Source: Tricharina praecox (Eukaryota). Taken from it: a DNA stretch of 64,000 bases. Positions 1 to 12,016 of this stretch are shown in pieces. The stretch covers positions 62,001-126,000 of the forward strand of contig NW_026250406.1 in the NCBI RefSeq assembly GCF_024521635.1, in the 5' to 3' direction. The notes below the pieces were generated by a model. That model saw only the letters and a list, made by a program, of their open reading frames with translations. It searched no databases and had not been told where the DNA came from. Positions within the stretch are counted from its first letter, which is position 1. The number at the start of each line of letters is the position of its first letter. The translations under genes were made by a program, and so were the position numbers.

Positions 1-3000
1 CATTGCTAACTGCCCTATGGCTGACCTCATCTTGTGATTTTCAGATTTCTCAAGTCGAAAGTGCTACAGGTGTGGGTGGATTTAGAAAGTGCGTGCTGTG
101 AGTCGTTTGGTTTTCAGGATGGCAGGTTGGCTAGTTGGCGCTCTTTTCCTATGGCGGGTTTCTCCCACAGGGTTTACCGCATAGGTTTTTACTGAGGCCA
201 ACGGGAAGTTTCATGTTGGTCGGTACTGTTACGGATGTTCGGAGTAGGGAGGAGATTTTGATTTATCTGTCCTGTAACTTGTGTAATCGTCGTCATTTTT
301 AGGCTTTTTTTTGGCTGGTAAATCACCGTGACTGGTCCACAGCATTTCGAACTCTCTCCTCACAACACATGATATTCGGCGGCAATACCTAGCTCCACCG
401 CCTATTCTCATTTGCACTCGGTCGCGGGATCTGTATTTCTTAGTTTTGGAGGGAGGGCCTGCAAGGAACGCACCTTGCACTCGCTACTGCGTGATACCAG
501 TCGCCACTCGAAGTGGGCGGGCATGGTATGATACTGAGGAGCTTCGAAGACTCGGTATTCATGGCTGGGAGTATGGTTGTGGGAAAAGGACTTGGGAGGG
601 CAAAATTGCGGCTGTTCGGGAGCACCTACATTGTCGCGGCGAGTCCGAGCAGAGCTTCCTCCCAGGCCCATTCATCAATCATAACTCGGACTAGATAGCA
701 TTTGATCCGCTACACACTGCAGTACAGGTACGGTTGGGGCCGCATAGGACTGGTCGGTACCGGGACTTTCACCTCAACTGGCCAGGGCGGGCAGGAAAAG
801 GAGTTCATTGGTTCGCCATAGTCTAGATAGGCTGCATGCGAAATAAAACAGGATGATCTCTCTCTCTCTCTCTCTCGCAGTACAGGTACGGATCAAATCA
901 ATAGACGACTCGATGATAGGCTGTTGACCGGAGCATTAACGGCAAAGCCGCGACAAACCTCTTACCACCGGGGCGTATGTAACTGAATGGCCCCTCAATT
1001 CTTAGTCCTTCCACTGTTCTGCAACCGACTGAGTCGAACCACAACTGCGTGCAGAAAAATGCTCAGTAAAGTGAACCATGACACAGCATTGCAGACACCC
1101 ATTGGCTTACTCGGACCTAAAGCACGACGAACTAGGCCTACTTTATGCCTTCCACTCATGCGCTAGCGCTCCTACCACCGTATCCTACTGGGCCTAAGTC
1201 GACTCTAATAACTATCCTACATATAAACATCCGTCTATGCCAGCTGCACCGACAACGGTCAGAACTAATAGAGGGATCAGCTGCCGAGCCAGTCTTCGCG
1301 CATTTGCAACTGCCGCGCACCGTGTCCAAGCGGATCGCGGGGCGAGATCGAACCGCGATCCTCCGCCGCCGCGCAGGCGAGACCTGTTTTCCCTGCTGTG
1401 TGCGAATAACACCCCGTGGGCGGCGGAGCCGACAGTCGTTCGCCATGGCAAAATGCACCCTTCGCCCTCGACAGAGACCAGGAGATCGCCGCGGTGAATG
1501 CCAGGATACGGCGAAGCCCCGTGGCATATGCAGGTCTCTCTGCGCACGCCGAACGCATCGCGATGCAGAAACGAGCGGCGGACGTGAATTCTGGCACTGT
1601 GATGGCGGATACGCCTCAGCTTGGATTGCAGTGCACCAGCCTGGATGGCACTTCCTAGCATGTGACGACGTATTCGCATCAGTTTCGGGCGATGGACGAG
1701 ACCCGGAGCGGCAGTCCGGCAGGCCCCGCTGGCCTCGCCAGCGCTTCATCAAACGTGTAATTCGGGCGATTGGAGTCATATCGAGTCCCTACAACAATCG
1801 GCATAAGAGCGGCTGGACGTGGCTACCTCCCCGGGAGATGATCGGATCATCGGAGGAGAAAATGCTGGACGCATGGCGCCGTCTGGGCTTGATCAGGCGG
1901 GTAGAGATGATTGCGGCCGTGGCTGAAAGCCAAAGGAAGCACAACCCGAAAGCAAGACCCGGAAGCATCGAGGAGTTGTTCATTCCGGATTAGAAGATAC
2001 GCTGGAAGGCATATCAATGAGAGATATTTGAAATGACCCGGGGGTCGTTCAGCTATGGATAGACGATCCTGTTGTTTTTCCGGCCGAATGCGTGTGTAGG
2101 TAGAGCCTATCCACTCGTCTCAGGCGAGAAAGCTGTACAGCCCCAGTGTCCCATATGCCACCATCGCACATGCGTTTGTAGACAACATCTACGAGTCGCC
2201 GCGACCATATGCATACGCCCAACGACATGCTCAACACTTCCATAGGGACTTCACAGCGAGAGAACGGGTACGAAGCGGCGATAAGACCGTGCGGGCGGGC
2301 GCGTGGGGTTAGGAGTGGGGTTTCGCTTTCGTTCTCTATGTTTTATCGATCAGTGTGCGACGGTCCCGCTAGGTCATGATGATACGGAAACGAGGATAGC
2401 CGGAGAAGTTCCGGCGGAAGCAAGACTGGGCACGAATGATTTGACATGCAACAACGATACCCACTTTAGAGCAAGAGAATCGTATTGGAGATACTCGAGC
2501 CAGCAAAACCATCTAGGCCGAATGCTCGGTATGATACCACACCCCCTCCGCTCGGAAAAATCATACTGTACCATTTCGGAGGCGTATTCCAGGTGGAGTT
2601 TTGCTACCGTGTAGTGAATTTAGGCACGCTCGTGGTGTCGTGCGCACGGTATCACTGGGCAAAGTGGGTTATCCGCGAATCCGCGATTAGGCTTGGAGAA
2701 CTGTGGATTTGGCCAGCTGAGCGACCGGAACCCATGGAGTGGAAGTGTCCGCTTGGAAAAGACGCAATGCGAATCAAGATGCGAATCTGAGAGACCCATT
2801 CGCTGGTTTCGCACGAGCGGGGGCGGTAATTGAGTGCCGTATGTACACGCGCATTCAACAAACAGGCACGGCTCCACGGAGTGCGACCTATGGCCAGTGA
2901 GCGCACTGGCAGTTTCAGCTGATACAAGTATATGCTTCATCGAGGCTCCTTCCAAGACCAGCAGTTTGAATATCCCGCACCCTCATCGCAATCTACGTAT

Positions 3001-3626
3001 TCCGAAGTCGGCGCCCAGAGCAGCGATTATGATTACAGGCTTTCGTCGGTTGGAGTATAGCATTTGCTGCCGGTGAGGTCCATGTCTGTGACGGACTTCT
3101 GGAGACACTGGCTTCAAACCTCCAACCGGGTTGGGAACAGCGATATCGCTCTTACGCCCGTGCTCTCGCCTGTTGCAGCCCCGTGGTGAGTGATTCCGTT
3201 TCACTAACCTTAATAGACCCATCTACATCACGACGGATACTTCCTCGAGGGTATGGGCAGCGTGGATAACCTTACTTGCGAGTGATTATGAACAGAGGAG
3301 GAGATACCAGTTCGGCTCCCAAATACTATCCACGGTTCCGCCGGATGCTTGAACTTTCGGACAGAAAACCGCATCCATTCACAGAGTTCGAGATTTCACG
3401 ATCTTATCGTACACACGGGCACGGACGAGCACCGACTCTGCTGGGCTGGAATGCCGATAAACCTCTCCCTTCAACTTGAAGCCTTCTAACCTTCCGTCGT
3501 GATTCTCCTCGCACAAAACCCGCCGGCCATGCCGTTCAACCGTCAGACCTCAGTCCTCAGACCTGAGTTGTCAATCGTCGATCCCCAGTCCGCAAGGTCA
3601 GCCCTCATACTCTTGAAATCTACAAG

Positions 3627-4024
3627 ATGCCCGGTGACATCCCCCCCCCATCCAACCCATTCGCTACTTCAAACTCCGTAACGCAAGCTCAGGCGTGATC
3701 TACTTCCTGATCGCGGACTCAGCGGGGGGCGGGAATGTGTGGGAAGGTGGGCCTAACCTTTCCGCCAGCAGCACGGGTATCGTCGACCTCTCTTGCATCC
3801 CTGAGGTGCAATTCGGCCGTAACTATCGCCTCGGAGCACATGCCAGGACCGGCACCGACGTTACGGACGACCGTTGGAACCCCGTACAGTTCGATAGCGA
3901 GATCGTTGGTGTGTGGAGGTGTTCCGGCGTGCCCATCAGATCGAAGGTTAGGTTCGAGGGGTACGAGGAGTTCCAAGTGGATCAGGGGAGTGCGGAGTTT
4001 GGAGCTCCGGTTGGAATGGATTAA
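3627..4024 (+). pseudogene. Small (~130 aa) probable beta-rich protein, frameshifted in a C9 run (pseudogene or sequencing error)
   Basis: ATG at 3627 reads MPGDIPP. One extra C in the C9 run (3641-3649) joins it to the open frame IQPIRYFKLRNASSGVIYFLIAD...GIVDLSCIPEV...VWRCSG...RFEGYEE to TAA at 4024. Confidence 0.5.
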
Positions 4025-4991
4025 CTCAAGGGTAGATCGTGGGAACTTTGCGTGCTGGCGCTGCTGCGGTGTGTACTCAGCGTGGTGAGTATGCTTGGGG
4101 GCCTCGGGGGGATGGCTAATTGTGAATAAGATTTCGACGGGAGGAATTTTGTTCCCTTTCGCATTGCAGGAACCCCGGATCGAAGCTGTTGGCAATCGGT
4201 TGCACCTCGTGGTGAATGTGTAGAATAGTCTGTACATACAATATCTAGGTAGACTGTACATAGCGTGGATATATGTTGTGATTTGTATAGCTTCCATGCC
4301 ACCTCACATAAATGTCAAGATGATCTAGATAATCACTCCACCAGTGGTGCGCACTTGGATTAAGCTTCCCTACATTCAGGGGGCACCCATACAGCACATC
4401 CCGCAACGAACACCCGCATCCCGCAAGCCGCAGTCCGGCGACGCCACTGGCGCTGTTCACGATTCGCATCCGCACCGCCATCATTATCGACAGCCACTCG
4501 AAAATCAGCGCTTCGATCGAAAAACAGACAAGAGGACGCGATTCCTGGATTAGTAATGCACCATCTATCGGCACGGAGGGGAAACTTAATCATTTTGCAT
4601 CGCTGGCTGTGGGATCACTGCCGTCTGTCTGTCGAGTGTGGCTGTGGCCGGTGTCTGTCGCGCGTGCTTTATTGATCCGGAGTCATCAAGCGGCTCCGTG
4701 GCTGGTGATGACATGACCGGAAGCGGCGATGGGATTGGCCAGGTGCTGTCGAAAGTCAAAAGTCAAAAGTTGGCACCGTCAGGTGGTGCAGAGGGGTCTG
4801 GCAAGACTCATTTGCGTTGGCCGTCGTCTCACCCTGATCGCCATTCTGAGCCCCCGCTTTCCCAGGCTTGAGCACCCACCACTTTCTCGATCCCAGACCC
4901 AAGCTTCCCCCACCACTTTCTTAATTTGAAGTCAAGCTCTACACTAGCTCTACAAGCACAGCTCCAGTGCTATCCCAAGCTCCATTCCGCC

Positions 4992-6164
4992 ATGACCGGT
5001 CAATGCGCCTGCAAGTCCTGCCAGTCCTCCGAACCTCGCGAATCCTCACGCTTCGACCATTTCTCGTACGACAATCAGGACACTTGTTCTCGCTACCAGA
5101 CCGCTCGCAAAGCCGCGCACCACCAGCAACGAGAATCGCAGCCATCCGCCGGCCCCTCGGAACCGGGCCACCTTCCGTGGCGCCACCTCCTCGCCGCCGA
5201 TGGTACTCCCAGCCCGACGCTACACTTCCTCTCCGACTCACTGTTCGCGCAATTCACGCCGGCAGCCACCACTCCGGGCACCACCATGTCGCTAGCCTCG
5301 CTATCGACCTTCTTCACCAGCCTACAGACGCCATCGCACCTAAACCCGACCGCGCTGCACGACCTCGCCGACATCGGCTACGTCTTCCGCCAGGTCGGCT
5401 GGGAGCACATCTTCAACCCGACCGAGATCCGTTTGACGCGCGACGGCTTCCTGGCGGTGGTGCGCCACCTGGTCATGCTCGATCCGCTCGCCGCGTTCGA
5501 GGGGATCAACACGCTCATCGAGTGGCGCGACGTTCTGTTGCCACCAATCCCGCGGCAGGCGTTTCCGAGCGAGGGCGCCGGCGAGAATAGGGTGGAGTCG
5601 GCTATCGCGAACGTCGTGAGGGGGGGAGGTAAAGCGAAAGTTCGCGGGGTGGGCGTCGGGGCATGCGAGGCGTCGGAGAGCGGGGTGGCCCGAACAGCTA
5701 AGGAGGGTGCGAGGCGGCAGGACAAGCCGAAGCGGAAAACGACGAGCAGGCTGCAAGTCGCGCGAGAGAAACCCGCAGCCTTCCACGTGTTCGATGACGG
5801 CGACAGCAGCAGCAGCGGTGCGCTAACATTCGACACACCCGAATCGACGGACGTGGAAGACTGGCAGAGCACCATCCGCCGGAATGACGACACCGAAATA
5901 CAGAAAGCGAACGAGTGGGAGCTCGCCGCCAGAATGCGCGGGGCCGAGCTTCCGGCTGCGATGGAAGCTTCCGCCGGCGCCAGAATCGTCTTTGGCGTCG
6001 TTAAGATGGCGTCGGAATCGCCCGTGGGCATCTCGTATCACGCCATCGGCAAAAACAGTCGGCTCTCGGTGGGAGCTGTCTATACAGCCGTGGAAGAGCT
6101 GTTGGAACTAGGGGCTGTCTACTACACGGTCGATGAGGACCATGTGGCTGCGATGGATTGTTAA
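4992..6164 (+). CDS. Hypothetical protein: DUF7514-like fungal domain plus C-terminal RPA32-type (RPA_C) winged helix
   Basis: Intronless ORF from MTGQCACKSC. WRHLLAADGTPSPTL...LTRDGFL...LDP...IPRQAFP resembles DUF7514. The end GISYHAIGKNSRLSVGAVYTAVEELLELGAVYYTVDEDH matches the RPA2 C-terminal motif. Confidence 0.75.
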   Translation: MTGQCACKSCQSSEPRESSRFDHFSYDNQDTCSRYQTARKAAHHQQRESQPSAGPSEPGHLPWRHLLAADGTPSPTLHFLSDSLFAQFTPAATTPGTTMSLASLSTFFTSLQTPSHLNPTALHDLADIGYVFRQVGWEHIFNPTEIRLTRDGFLAVVRHLVMLDPLAAFEGINTLIEWRDVLLPPIPRQAFPSEGAGENRVESAIANVVRGGGKAKVRGVGVGACEASESGVARTAKEGARRQDKPKRKTTSRLQVAREKPAAFHVFDDGDSSSSGALTFDTPESTDVEDWQSTIRRNDDTEIQKANEWELAARMRGAELPAAMEASAGARIVFGVVKMASESPVGISYHAIGKNSRLSVGAVYTAVEELLELGAVYYTVDEDHVAAMDC

Positions 6165-6322
6165 TTTGTTTGGGCTAGCAACAGCGAGCAGACGAGGTAA
6201 ATGTGCGGTTGGTTTGGGGGAATTCCTGACGGTATCGTGATTTTTACCTATTGCATCGAGTCTTCATTCATCGGAATCATCGTGTTGGTAACTACAAAGC
6301 AAAAATTGAAGACCGGCGACCG

Positions 6323-8974
6323 TTAGGAGATCTCTCTCTGTGAAACCCTCATTTGTTCCCGCCATCCTTCACAACATCCTTCGAGGAGAAATAATCCCAA
6401 ACTCCGACAGGGCTGCCAGTCAAATTCTCGCCTTTGCTTTCGGAGACACTTTTCCTCTTTCCTGTGACCGAGACGTTGAAGGATCAATTCGTACATCCCA
6501 ATTATCCCCTTCGGCATCGTCCTAAGACGTTCTGAAATCCTTTTCCTCGAAGGTTGGCGTAGCTCTTCTAGCACGAGGGCTGGTCGGGCAGATGTCAGTG
6601 GGTTCCTACGAACTCGAATGTATGTGCATTTTATATACGCACCAGCAAACGGAACATTCCAGCGGAATTTTCATTCACCGTATGAATGATGTCCTCTGCA
6701 TGGTGCTCCAAGCCCTTGATCTTTACTACCTTTTCGGTAATGAACTTGCGGATATCATCGCCAACTTGCATTTTGATGGTGGAGACACCGGGCTTATCGT
6801 CGAGCAAATGGTTAACGACTGGGCGTCCAGTAACTAGGAATCGAGCACCGGTCTCGGCTTGCAACATACCCCCGGATACGCTAGGAGGATGGCTACATTC
6901 ATCCAGCGCATCCAAAAGGACAAGCACCCTGGATGAATGTCCTCGGAGCATGTCCCCGAACGCTCTCCACATGTTTTTGAAGTTCCTGCCTCGATCTGCA
7001 AATGGGGCTCCACGATGAACAACCTGTTTCAGAATTCCGAGAAGCCTCGCACGATCCGTAGGACCAGCGAAGTTGATGAGCTGAGAGATGATACTAGCAG
7101 TCATCTCCAGCGGCGCGGTAGTGTTGATGGCACCGTTTCGGAAGAAAAAGTACAAAACCACTACTCCCTCCAGCTTCAGCAAGCCTTCAACGAGTCTCGC
7201 GAAAAGTATCGACTTTCCGGCGCCTGATTCTGTCAGCTGGTCTTTCATTTCCGCTACGATTTCGAAACGGGATTTCGGGCATGAAGGAGGGTATCCTTGA
7301 AGACCCTGTTAGGCTCTGACGTATCTTACCTGGTATTCCCACCACCCATAGGTGTTGTTGGCCCTCGGCGCGTATCCATTTCTGGTACTCTGCTTCCAGA
7401 AAAATCCAGTCGCAAGTTCCGGCCAACCAGTTGGTTCGGTTCACTTCGTACAGCACTTCTAGATCTGTAGCGTTAAGCCAGTTGAGCACTTGCTCTTGTG
7501 CTCATTAGCACAACGGTCTCTAGGCTGTCAAGAAGGGGATCGAATACCGTCACGAGGATCGAATACCGTCACGAGGATCGAATACCGTCACGAGGATCGA
7601 ATACCGTCACGAGGATCGAATACCGTCACGAGGATCGAATACCGTCACGAGGATCGAATACCGTCACGAGGATCGAATACCGTCACGAGGATCGAATACC
7701 GTCACGAGGATCGAATACCGTCACGAGGATCGAATACCGTCACGAGGATCGAATACCGTCACGAATTTGGTCGAATTGCAAACGCATCCCCTTGATATCT
7801 TGCACGGTGCTGGAAAACAATGTGCTCAATTCGTTCGTCAGATCTTCTAAGTTCTGGAGGACTCTGGATTGCCCTGTTGCTCATCAGAACGCAGCACAGA
7901 GAACACGGATAATGCTGTCGTACCCTTTATTTTCTCCATGGTGGCCATGTTGGCGCCTTCTTTCACTAAGGCTTCTTTCTGCTCGACCTCGCTGATGAGA
8001 GGATGGAGGTAGTCGGAAAATATTCTCAATGCGTTAGATACCTTCGCTGCACGACGGCCCTCAGTCAGTACTTGCTCTCGTATGGATGCCGGGCAGTTGA
8101 CATTGCTCACCAAGTTTCGATGATGGTGCAAGGTACGCCTTCGCCTTCACGGCGAAAACCAAAACCGAACTGTAAAATTCTGGCAATGCCGCTTCTAAAC
8201 TGCTGGCGAGTGCCAATGTCGCGTTCTGGGATGGTAGGGTCGTCTTCAAAGACTGCGCGTCAATTCTCTCGTAGAATTGGCATCTTGCCATTGTTGCGAT
8301 GATGGTTTCGAGAGCAGCCTCCAGGCTCTGCAGGTTCTCGATATGATTGAGATAAACCTATTACCCGCGTCAATTCAGAGTTCCAACTGTGCTTCATAAA
8401 TCCCCCAGGAACAAACACTGACCTGGAGAAGAAACCGGGCACTACCCCAGCAAATGGAAACTATATTATCGGGTTGCTTACTGGCGACCATATCGACGGT
8501 AGTCGCATACTTGTCCAAGCCCTTCACAATTCTGTCGAATTTGTCACGTACGATGACAACCTCGCCACCGTCCTTTGTGTACCGCCATTTTTTGCTATTC
8601 CGATCATTCCTGGCATCCTTTGCATCCTTCAACACCGAATAAACGGAATCGGCAGGAGAACCAGAATCCAATAACTCCCGCTCCCTTGGCGTCAGTTTCT
8701 CTTTTGCAAGAACATAAGCCCTCTCCCAGGGATCCGGAGCCCTGGGACGTTCTTCAGCTCGGCGAACGGAGCGCACCAACAAACGGTCAAACTCACGGAG
8801 TTGGGTGATCGGCTACCCGAGATAGGCTGGACTCCAGGTTTTGCCTCCCCAAGTCTCCCTCCCGGCCGCCCACGCCTGACGGCTCGGAACCGGAGACCGA
8901 AGACGAAGCTGAAACAGGACTCTCCTTTCGTGCGAACCGCTCCCACTTTTTCTTGACCCTTCCCTTTTGCTCAT
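6323..8974 (-). pseudogene. NACHT/STAND NLR-like gene (helical N-terminal domain plus NPHP3_N-type NACHT), truncated and probably decaying
   Basis: Spliced exons give PWERAY...KKWRY...WGSARFLLQ|VYLNH...FYERI, then EQVLNWL...GTCDWI, Walker A GIPG|AGKS, VVLYFFF, Walker B LLDALDEC, RFLVTGRP and GMF..LVLEEL..MPKGIIGMYELILQRL. Introns include 7874-7923, 7495-7756 and 6580-6642. Apparent 1-nt deletions lie near 8965 and 6647, and no C-terminal WD/ANK/TPR repeats are present. Confidence 0.85.
7538..7765. repeat. Near-perfect minisatellite, 12 x 19 bp (GATCGAATACCGTCACGAG)
   Basis: Period 19 read directly, with units starting at 7538, 7557 ... 7747. There are no spacers. Confidence 0.97.
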
Positions 8975-10651
8975 GCTAATATCCCATCATCGGGATCGCT
9001 CTCGCCTGGACCGTAGCGCTGAAATGTAGGAGCTAGTATGGAGACTGGTGGAGCCGCACGGAATCCGCAATCGGAGAAGAAACAGGCGATGGGTTCACGG
9101 AGCCGGTGGGAAACTGGAGTTCAGGGCGATGGTTTCAAAAGCGGGGATTATGTCTGGTACGTACGGCTACCCCACCCTTGTGAGACTGCGATGAACAGTC
9201 AAAGCGTATCCAATACGATTGCTGAATGCACTGCGCACTCGTTCTCGACCGCGTGCAGCGTGCAGCGTCTACGACACTCATCACGGGATTACACATAATC
9301 GGATCGGATAGATAAGAGTTAGACCACATAGGTACATACATCTTAGAGAGGGCATACGGCCGACGAATCTGTACAGCATCGATAACATCATCACTATCAT
9401 TCTCCGCAATTGACAGATTGTGAGAGTTTCGCATCGGCGGAAGCATTAAGTAAGAGGTATGCATACGCTGTGGGTAATCTCTATGCTTCACACGGTACTT
9501 CTGTAATGACCACAAACCCAATCATCACCATAATTCACTCCTTTCCCATGCCCATCAAACCGCCGATGATCCGAGTTTCGGCGATGGAATCTTCGAGAGC
9601 CCTCAAGTACCAAGCACTGAGTGATGTGTTCAAGACATCGATGGCAAAAGTGACATCATCGAGTGATCCAGAACGACATATAATTGGGAAATGTATGATG
9701 TTTTTGTATGCCTTATGTCTGCTCTACAAGCCCCTTATGTTACCCGTCTCTCCGTATCCCAGTATCAAGTCTCTCTTTACGCATCGAAATGTTTACCTAG
9801 ATCGGTCCTCTTTTCCTACGCTGTCACAACCCCGAGACTTCAACGTGTAATCTATCTATTACCATACCTTTTCGCATACCCCAATTTCCCTGTGTTGGGT
9901 TATAGAAGGCCTCTTTTATGATTTGAAGACTGTTTGTCGCCGACGAAGCAACGGATGCGAGCGCAGCAGAAACTTTAGAAAGGCGCCGGTGGGAATATGT
10001 CGGCGATGTCCCCGCTTTGCCATCTCGATTCTCGCCTTCTTTCTTCTCTGCAATGGAAGTCCGGCCGGGTAGGAGCGGCCGGGTAAGTGAATACTTTACT
10101 GGGCAACCATGAGGGCCTAGATTGCAGCATGGAAAGTGGCGAATGAAGGCATTACGGCAAGTGATATCAAGTGATTTGGGTTAAACTCGGCCACTTCTTA
10201 CACACGGTGTTTCCGATCTTTCATCTTAAGCCGGTGCCGAACGGACCATCGGTCCGGAAGAGAAACCTAGGGGCTCGCCCGTCTCGCGGGGCCAGCTGGC
10301 TCGAGTGGCCGCCGCGTAGCGACCCTGGATTCGAGTGACAAAGCACGGGCTTATAGGTGATGTTGTGCAAGGAGGGGCCTGTATACTGGTGTGGTGTTAT
10401 TTGCCTCCGAATTTCTATGTAGATGCCGGCCCGAACATGAAACACTGGCTGGGGGGAAGCGAGAGGGGCGGAGGCATGGTAGATCCGGAGATTATATTTT
10501 AGCTTATTTTCCAAACCATCCCGCCGATCCACTCCTTGAATCCTTGGCCCGGTAAGATTAAAGAGACGGAGTCACGGAGGTGATACGTCGGACGTCGCAG
10601 AATCTTCGGTGTTTCTGATCCCTAGCATCCCGCAGGTTGAGTGAGGAAACA

Positions 10652-10726
10652 TCCAGCTCCGAGGTCGTCTAGTCCCGAGGCCGTCCAGCTCCGAGGTCGT
10701 CTAGTCCCGAGGCCGTCCAGCTCCGA
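10652..10726. repeat. 32-bp tandem duplication (2 copies + 11-nt tail)
   Basis: TCCAGCTCCGAGGTCGTCTAGTCCCGAGGCCG at 10652 and 10684, then TCCAGCTCCGA at 10716. Confidence 0.9.
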
Positions 10727-11606
10727 TGCGACAACAAGTTGGCCGTTGACAGCATGTAAGAGGCCGAATCTAGTTTCATATACTCCGATTCAACCCTGGG
10801 CTTTCAGTTGAGGTAACTACCTGCGAGAGATCCCACGGCGCCGAATTCCGCACAGAATACCAGAAACCGACCCTGCGTACCTCGTCGAAGACAATGGAGT
10901 CAGCATACGCGACCGGAAACATGCCTTCTCTCACGTCTACCTCCAGATCGTCAGCTCTTTCAGACCGATTTCATTCTTCGCCAGAATCCCCGCAGTCACA
11001 TGCGACCATCCGATTCGTTTTGTATTGAAAGACCGTTGGAATCCTCCCTAGTTACTCCCGGGTTACTCCTCCTTCGCAAAGGACCTCACCAGGGGGCCTC
11101 GACGCTCGACAACGCTTCTTCACATGGTGCTGCCTTGTAGGCGTAGTTGAGGACCCCATGACTCACGGATATGGCTCTATCGGGATTCGGGATTCATGGC
11201 CAACAGCACAGACGTACAGTGCCCGCTTGTTGGCATCGTACACTCTACGCAACTATACTACCTAGGTCTTTGATGCTCACGTTTCTATGGTTTGATATAT
11301 TACGTTTTATGGAGACCACCACTTTAGCGGTCAGAAATGTTTTACTACGAAACGGCCGATGCGATTGTTACCTCGGTGAATATTGGCGTACGTGGGGTAG
11401 AGGCCGTTCATACCAGGGGTAGAGCTCCTCAGCTCTATATCGCGATGGAGGAGTACATAAACGTCGGCCCAGTCTCTCCAACTTCAGTTCTACATCCACT
11501 CACACCACCAGCTCCTCACCCCCACAACACAACCAGCTCATCACCACCTCACACAACCAACTCCCCACTCCCACTTCCCAACTTCACCACCACCCCCATC
11601 TTAACC

Positions 11607-12016
11607 ATGTACACCTCCATCGCCCTCGTTGCCGCCTTCATCGTCAGCATGCTCGGCGCGGTCAACGCGATCTCGCTCCCTCCGTCATGGTAAGCGTCTC
11701 TTCCCCAGAATCCCCAGCCCAGCCAGCACAATCTAACAATCCTCCAGCTCGCGCAGCTGCTTCATCTCCGCCGTCAGCGCGTCCAACTGCGGTGTTGGTA
11801 CGAACACATTCTTCCTCCCGCAGCTTCCCCTGCCCGATGTCCAGTCACCACTCTAACACGTGAACAGACTTCGACTGCCTCTGCAAGGACACTGCGTTCG
11901 TGCAGAAGGTGAAGACTTGCGTGCCGACCGCTTGCACTGCCGAGCAGACCCCTGCGGTCGTCGAGTTCGCGAATACTCAGTGCGATGGGCAGACGGGGTT
12001 CCCGATCGAGATCTAA
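11607..12016 (+). CDS. Small secreted CFEM-domain protein (3 exons)
   Basis: Signal peptide MYTSIALVAAFIVSMLGAVNA. Two introns (GTAAGC..CTAAC..CAG; GTACGA..CTAAC..CAG). Mature part LPPSCSRSCFISAVSASNCGVDFDCLCKDTAFVQKVKTCVPTACTAEQTPAVVEFANTQCDGQTGFPIEI* has 8 Cys with CFEM spacing. The ORF track misses it. Confidence 0.88.

Noticed and set aside
719..891. 15-bp direct repeat GCAGTACAGGTACGG (719 and 877) around a (TC)n tract, as a possible target-site duplication
   Set aside because: There are no terminal inverted repeats or other element features between the copies.
7538..7765. CRISPR-like array
   Set aside because: The units are head-to-tail with no unique spacers, the context is eukaryotic, and there are no cas genes.
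9135..9921. Possible transposon or gene remnant upstream of the NLR
   Set aside because: I recognised no transposase/RT motifs, TIRs or LTRs.
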